DNA of 64,000 bases, taken from NCBI GenBank assembly GCA_963693055.1, contig OY843751.1, positions 96,001-160,000 on the forward strand, read 5' to 3'. Position 1 is the first letter of the stretch; each line of letters begins with the position of its first letter. The position numbers and the translations under genes were made by a program. This DNA is from a bacterium. GTDB lineage: Bacteria > Zhuqueibacterota > Zhuqueibacteria > Residuimicrobiales > Krinioviventaceae. Shown here one piece after another: positions 60,582 through 64,000 of this stretch. Below the pieces are notes generated by a model. The model did no database searches and was not told the DNA's origin. It was given only the letters and a program-made list of their open reading frames with translations.

Positions 60582-62039
60582 ATGTTAAACAAAGTGATTT
60601 GGATGCTGACAGTGTTTTTATTGGTGTTTGTGTATTGTACGCAAATACCAACAGAAATGCCTGTCACCACATCTTCAAAGCAAGCATTAACGCATTACTT
60701 TGTGGCCCAATCGTTGGGCGATAATCTGAAATTTGAAAATGCTATTCCGGAATATGAAAAGGCAATTGAAATCGATAAAAATTTTGCGCTGGCACACCTG
60801 AACCTGGGATTTTGTTACTTTCAAACCGGTAACACTATGGTTGGTTTTAAGCATTTCAATAAAGCCATGTCTTTGCGTGATAAAGTAACAGAAGGTGAAC
60901 GACTCTATCTTGATAATATTCAGGCAGGATTCGATGGCGATACTCAAAAAGAAAAGAAACTTGCCGCTCAATTGGTAAGCATGTTTCCACAGGATAAACG
61001 GTTGCATTTCAACAGAGGTGCTATTTATGCGAATCAACAGGATTGGGATGTAGCGATAAGTGAACTCCAAAAGACCATTGTTATTGATCCTCGTTTTGCA
61101 CCCGCTTATAATTTGCTGGCGTATTCATATCTTTACAATGAGAAATTCGATCAAGCAGAAGAGATGATAAAAAAATACACAGATTTGATACCCGATGAAG
61201 CAAATCCCTGGGACTCGTATGCAGAGATTTTGCTGAAACAGGGCAAGTTTAAAAAGTCTGTTGAAGCGTATCAAAAATCAATTGATATGGATCCCGATTT
61301 TTTAATATCCTATAACGGGATAGGTACAAACTATATTTTGATGCAGCAACCTGAAAAGGCAATGGAAACTTTTGATACATGGTATCAAAAAGCCCCGGAT
61401 GAGGGACAAAAACGTCTGGCTGATTTTGCAAAAATCAGGTGTTGTATTGACAATCAGGATCTGGATAAAGCAATAGAACTTGCTGAAATTCGACTGACCA
61501 AATCCAGGGCTGGTGATAATGATCTGGATATTGCTGCAGATTTGAACGTTCTGGGTGATCTTTATTTTGAAAAGGCCATGTATACCGATGCATTGGGAAA
61601 ATATTATGAAGCTAATGAGCTCGTGCAGCATTCCGAATTGATCGGCCAGAACCAAAAGGGAAATCTGGTTCAGGGATACCTTTTTAATGAAATACGTGTG
61701 GATATTATGAAAGGGTATTATGAACAGGCCAAAGAAAAAATTGTTCAATATGCAGAGACAGCTAAAATGAAAAACAACAGCAATCAGCTCATGAACCAGC
61801 ATCAGTTATTGGGATTGCTTGCAATGCAGGAAAACCGGCTGGAAGATGCAATAACAGAGCTTGAACAGGCAAATTTGAGGAATCCCCGTAATTTGTGCTG
61901 TCTTGCCCAGGTATATCGTGCCAACGGGGAGCCGGATAAAGCCAAAGAGTATTGTAGTCAAGCTGTTAATTTCAATGAAAACAATTACAACTGGGCCTAT
62001 GTTCGTAAACAGGCAACGGACTTGCTTGCATCCTTGTAA
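60582..62039 (+). CDS. Tetratricopeptide repeat protein with N-terminal signal/anchor
   Basis: Repeated TPR consensus (AIEIDKNFALA, DPRFAPAYN, DPDF). Confidence 0.85.
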   Translation: MLNKVIWMLTVFLLVFVYCTQIPTEMPVTTSSKQALTHYFVAQSLGDNLKFENAIPEYEKAIEIDKNFALAHLNLGFCYFQTGNTMVGFKHFNKAMSLRDKVTEGERLYLDNIQAGFDGDTQKEKKLAAQLVSMFPQDKRLHFNRGAIYANQQDWDVAISELQKTIVIDPRFAPAYNLLAYSYLYNEKFDQAEEMIKKYTDLIPDEANPWDSYAEILLKQGKFKKSVEAYQKSIDMDPDFLISYNGIGTNYILMQQPEKAMETFDTWYQKAPDEGQKRLADFAKIRCCIDNQDLDKAIELAEIRLTKSRAGDNDLDIAADLNVLGDLYFEKAMYTDALGKYYEANELVQHSELIGQNQKGNLVQGYLFNEIRVDIMKGYYEQAKEKIVQYAETAKMKNNSNQLMNQHQLLGLLAMQENRLEDAITELEQANLRNPRNLCCLAQVYRANGEPDKAKEYCSQAVNFNENNYNWAYVRKQATDLLASL

Positions 62040-62045
62040 AGTGTA

Positions 62046-62083
62046 AAATATCAGCAGTGTTTATTTGTGCACTGCTGATATTT
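62046..62083 (+). terminator. Hairpin terminator after the TPR gene
   Basis: AAATATCAGCAGTG...CACTGCTGATATTT, 14-bp stem. Confidence 0.7.
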
Positions 62084-62169
62084 ATTCTGTTTATGAAACC
62101 TTTTATGGAATTTACCGTATATAAATAAAATTTTGAAAAATATACTTGAAGAGAGAATATTTTTTTAGT

Positions 62170-62206
62170 ATATTTTCGACCAGAGAACGGTTTTAGTCGA
62201 AAATAT
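62170..62206. promoter_or_regulatory. Putative TetR operator
   Basis: ATATTTTCGAC-N15-GTCGAAAATAT just upstream of tetR; related copy at 62823-62858. Confidence 0.65.
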
Positions 62207-62216
62207 TAAGGTCGAG

Positions 62217-62792
62217 ATGGCAGAAGATAAAAAAGAAAACATAATATCCATTGCACAAAAAAGATTTGCACATTATGGAATTCAAAAAACCACAATGGAT
62301 GAAATAGCCAAAGAAGCCAGAATGGGCAAGGCTTCTCTTTATTATTATTTTAAAAGTAAAGAAGATATTTTTGTTGCTGTTATACATAAAGAAGCTGCGG
62401 TGCTGCGCCAAAAAACCAGGCAAGCAATTCTGACTGTAGACTCGCCGAAGGAAAAGCTGTATAAATACATCTTGACCCGTATGACTCATTTAAGAGAACT
62501 GGGTAATTATTATACGACTATTAAAGACGAGTTTTTTACGCATTATGAATTTATAAATCAGATACGTAAAGAATTCATCGAGAATGAAATGGAGACCATT
62601 AAAGACATTCTTGATGATGGTATTAAATGTAATATATTTGAAGTTATTGATACAACAATGGTAGCACGTATAATGACAATAGCGCTTAAAGGTTTCGAGT
62701 ATCCCCTTATTGTAGAGAATGTAGACGTTACCTTGAGTCGTGATATTAAAACAATGCTTGACATTTTGTATAAAGGTTTAGAAAAGAGATAA
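62217..62792 (+). CDS. TetR/AcrR family regulator
   Basis: GIQKTTMDEIA...GKASLYYYFKSKEDIF HTH. Confidence 0.93.
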   Translation: MAEDKKENIISIAQKRFAHYGIQKTTMDEIAKEARMGKASLYYYFKSKEDIFVAVIHKEAAVLRQKTRQAILTVDSPKEKLYKYILTRMTHLRELGNYYTTIKDEFFTHYEFINQIRKEFIENEMETIKDILDDGIKCNIFEVIDTTMVARIMTIALKGFEYPLIVENVDVTLSRDIKTMLDILYKGLEKR

Positions 62793-62888
62793 TGGCGTAA
62801 CGGATTCGACTGGTTTTTTCAGTATTTTCAACTAGAAAAACCGTTTTGGTCTAAAAATTAACAGCTTACTTGAATTTTGAGGTATGAC

Positions 62889-63500
62889 ATGTCTGAATCA
62901 CCCAATGGGATATTGCCCAATGTGTTTGAGCACTGGTTTTGTGATCAAATGCAGCATGTTTCAACATTGTTGTCACGTCTTGGAATAAAGCCCAATACAA
63001 TTACCCTAATCAGTTTGGTTTTTGGATTGCTTGCGGGTGTATTTGTGTCTATAAACCGGTTTGGTTTGGCAGTTACTGCTTTTATTCTTATGGGACTGTT
63101 TGATATTTTTGATGGCCAGGTGGCAAAATATACAAATCAAACCAGTTCTTTTGGAGCTATTCTCGATTCTACCGTAGACAGATTTAACGATGCATTTATT
63201 ATGACCGGCCTGGCTGTTTATTTTTATCGTATAGGAGAACCCGTGTGGGGATTGTGGCTCGCATTTGCGCTTACCGGTTCTTTTATTGTGAGTTATGTTA
63301 AAGCTCGTGCAGACGGGGTAGGTGCATCTTGTGCTACCGGGTTATTGCAACGAGCAGAGCGTTTGGTATTAATATCTTTGGGACTGGTTTTTCAGGGATT
63401 GGTTTTAAGATCTGTAATTATAGTTCTTGCAATCCTGACAAATGTGACAGTTTTGCAAAGACTTTTATATGTAAAAAAAAGACTCGACCAGGAAACATGA
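62889..63500 (+). CDS. CDP-alcohol phosphatidyltransferase
   Basis: PNTIT; DIFDGQVA...FGAILDSTVDRFND; SYVKARA; RAER. Confidence 0.9.
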   Translation: MSESPNGILPNVFEHWFCDQMQHVSTLLSRLGIKPNTITLISLVFGLLAGVFVSINRFGLAVTAFILMGLFDIFDGQVAKYTNQTSSFGAILDSTVDRFNDAFIMTGLAVYFYRIGEPVWGLWLAFALTGSFIVSYVKARADGVGASCATGLLQRAERLVLISLGLVFQGLVLRSVIIVLAILTNVTVLQRLLYVKKRLDQET

Positions 63501-63574
63501 TTTCATGCTGCCTGGTTGAGTAATAGAAATTTATTATAATTTATAATCAGTAATAATTGCTGAAAGGGATTAAC

Positions 63575-64000
63575 ATGTTGAAAAAAATTATACCGTTTCT
63601 GATTCTATTATCAACGGTTGTATTTATGAACAGTTGCAAAAATGGCAAAGCAGCAACACAAAATCAGAATGCCGTTAATGTTAATGTACAAACGGTTGAG
63701 GCGTTAAGCATTCATGAAGCCATTGCATACAGCGGCTCTATTGTAGAGTCGGAATCTGTGCCGCTAAGTTTTATGGTTACCGGTCGGGTAGAGCGTGTAT
63801 TGGTTTCTGAAGGAGATTATGTAAAAAAAGGTCAATTGCTAGCTGAACTTGGCAAAGAAACGCTGAGCAATGCATATGAAATGGCTCTTGCTACTTATAA
63901 TCAGGCAAAAGATGCCTATACCCGGTTAAAGCCCATGTACGATAATGGCAATTTACCTGAAATCAAGTTTATTGATGTGGAAACCAAGCTGCAGCAAGCA
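63575..64000 (+). CDS. RND efflux membrane-fusion lipoprotein (partial, runs off the window end)
   Basis: Lipobox MNSC; LSFMVTGRVERVLVSEGDYVKKGQLLAEL. Confidence 0.85.
   Translation, partial: MLKKIIPFLILLSTVVFMNSCKNGKAATQNQNAVNVNVQTVEALSIHEAIAYSGSIVESESVPLSFMVTGRVERVLVSEGDYVKKGQLLAELGKETLSNAYEMALATYNQAKDAYTRLKPMYDNGNLPEIKFIDVETKLQQA

Overview
Bacterial chromosomal window, AT-rich. Gene content (T9SS-like C-terminal domain, PorT-like outer-membrane proteins, group II GGGPS, Bacteroides-like SPT) suggests an FCB-related lineage such as KSB1/Calditrichota; this is inference. About 1-32 kb is mostly housekeeping (recR end, pgpA-cinA-thpR-recA-recX, alaS, hflX, folC, rho, rpmE-prfA-prmC, rnr). 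About 35-60 kb is largely accessory (WapI-like immunity gene, MNT-HEPN toxin-antitoxin pair with a broken toxin, tandem paralogues, secreted glycosidases, a pseudogene). The most unusual element is at 51.8-54.1 kb: two 1121-bp-spaced cassettes, each with a sigma70 promoter, a ~210-nt structured leader (~94% identical between copies), a beta-barrel OMP gene with a divergent middle, and a near-identical 3' end. Three copies of a palindromic boundary repeat bracket the cassettes, and a cluster of REP-like hairpins lies just upstream. The window also carries candidates for three unusual lipid routes: a GGGP synthase, a PlsA/PlsR-like plasmalogen/ether-lipid pair, and a serine palmitoyltransferase facing an SDR. 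No rRNA, tRNA, CRISPR array, transposase, integrase or reverse transcriptase was recognised.
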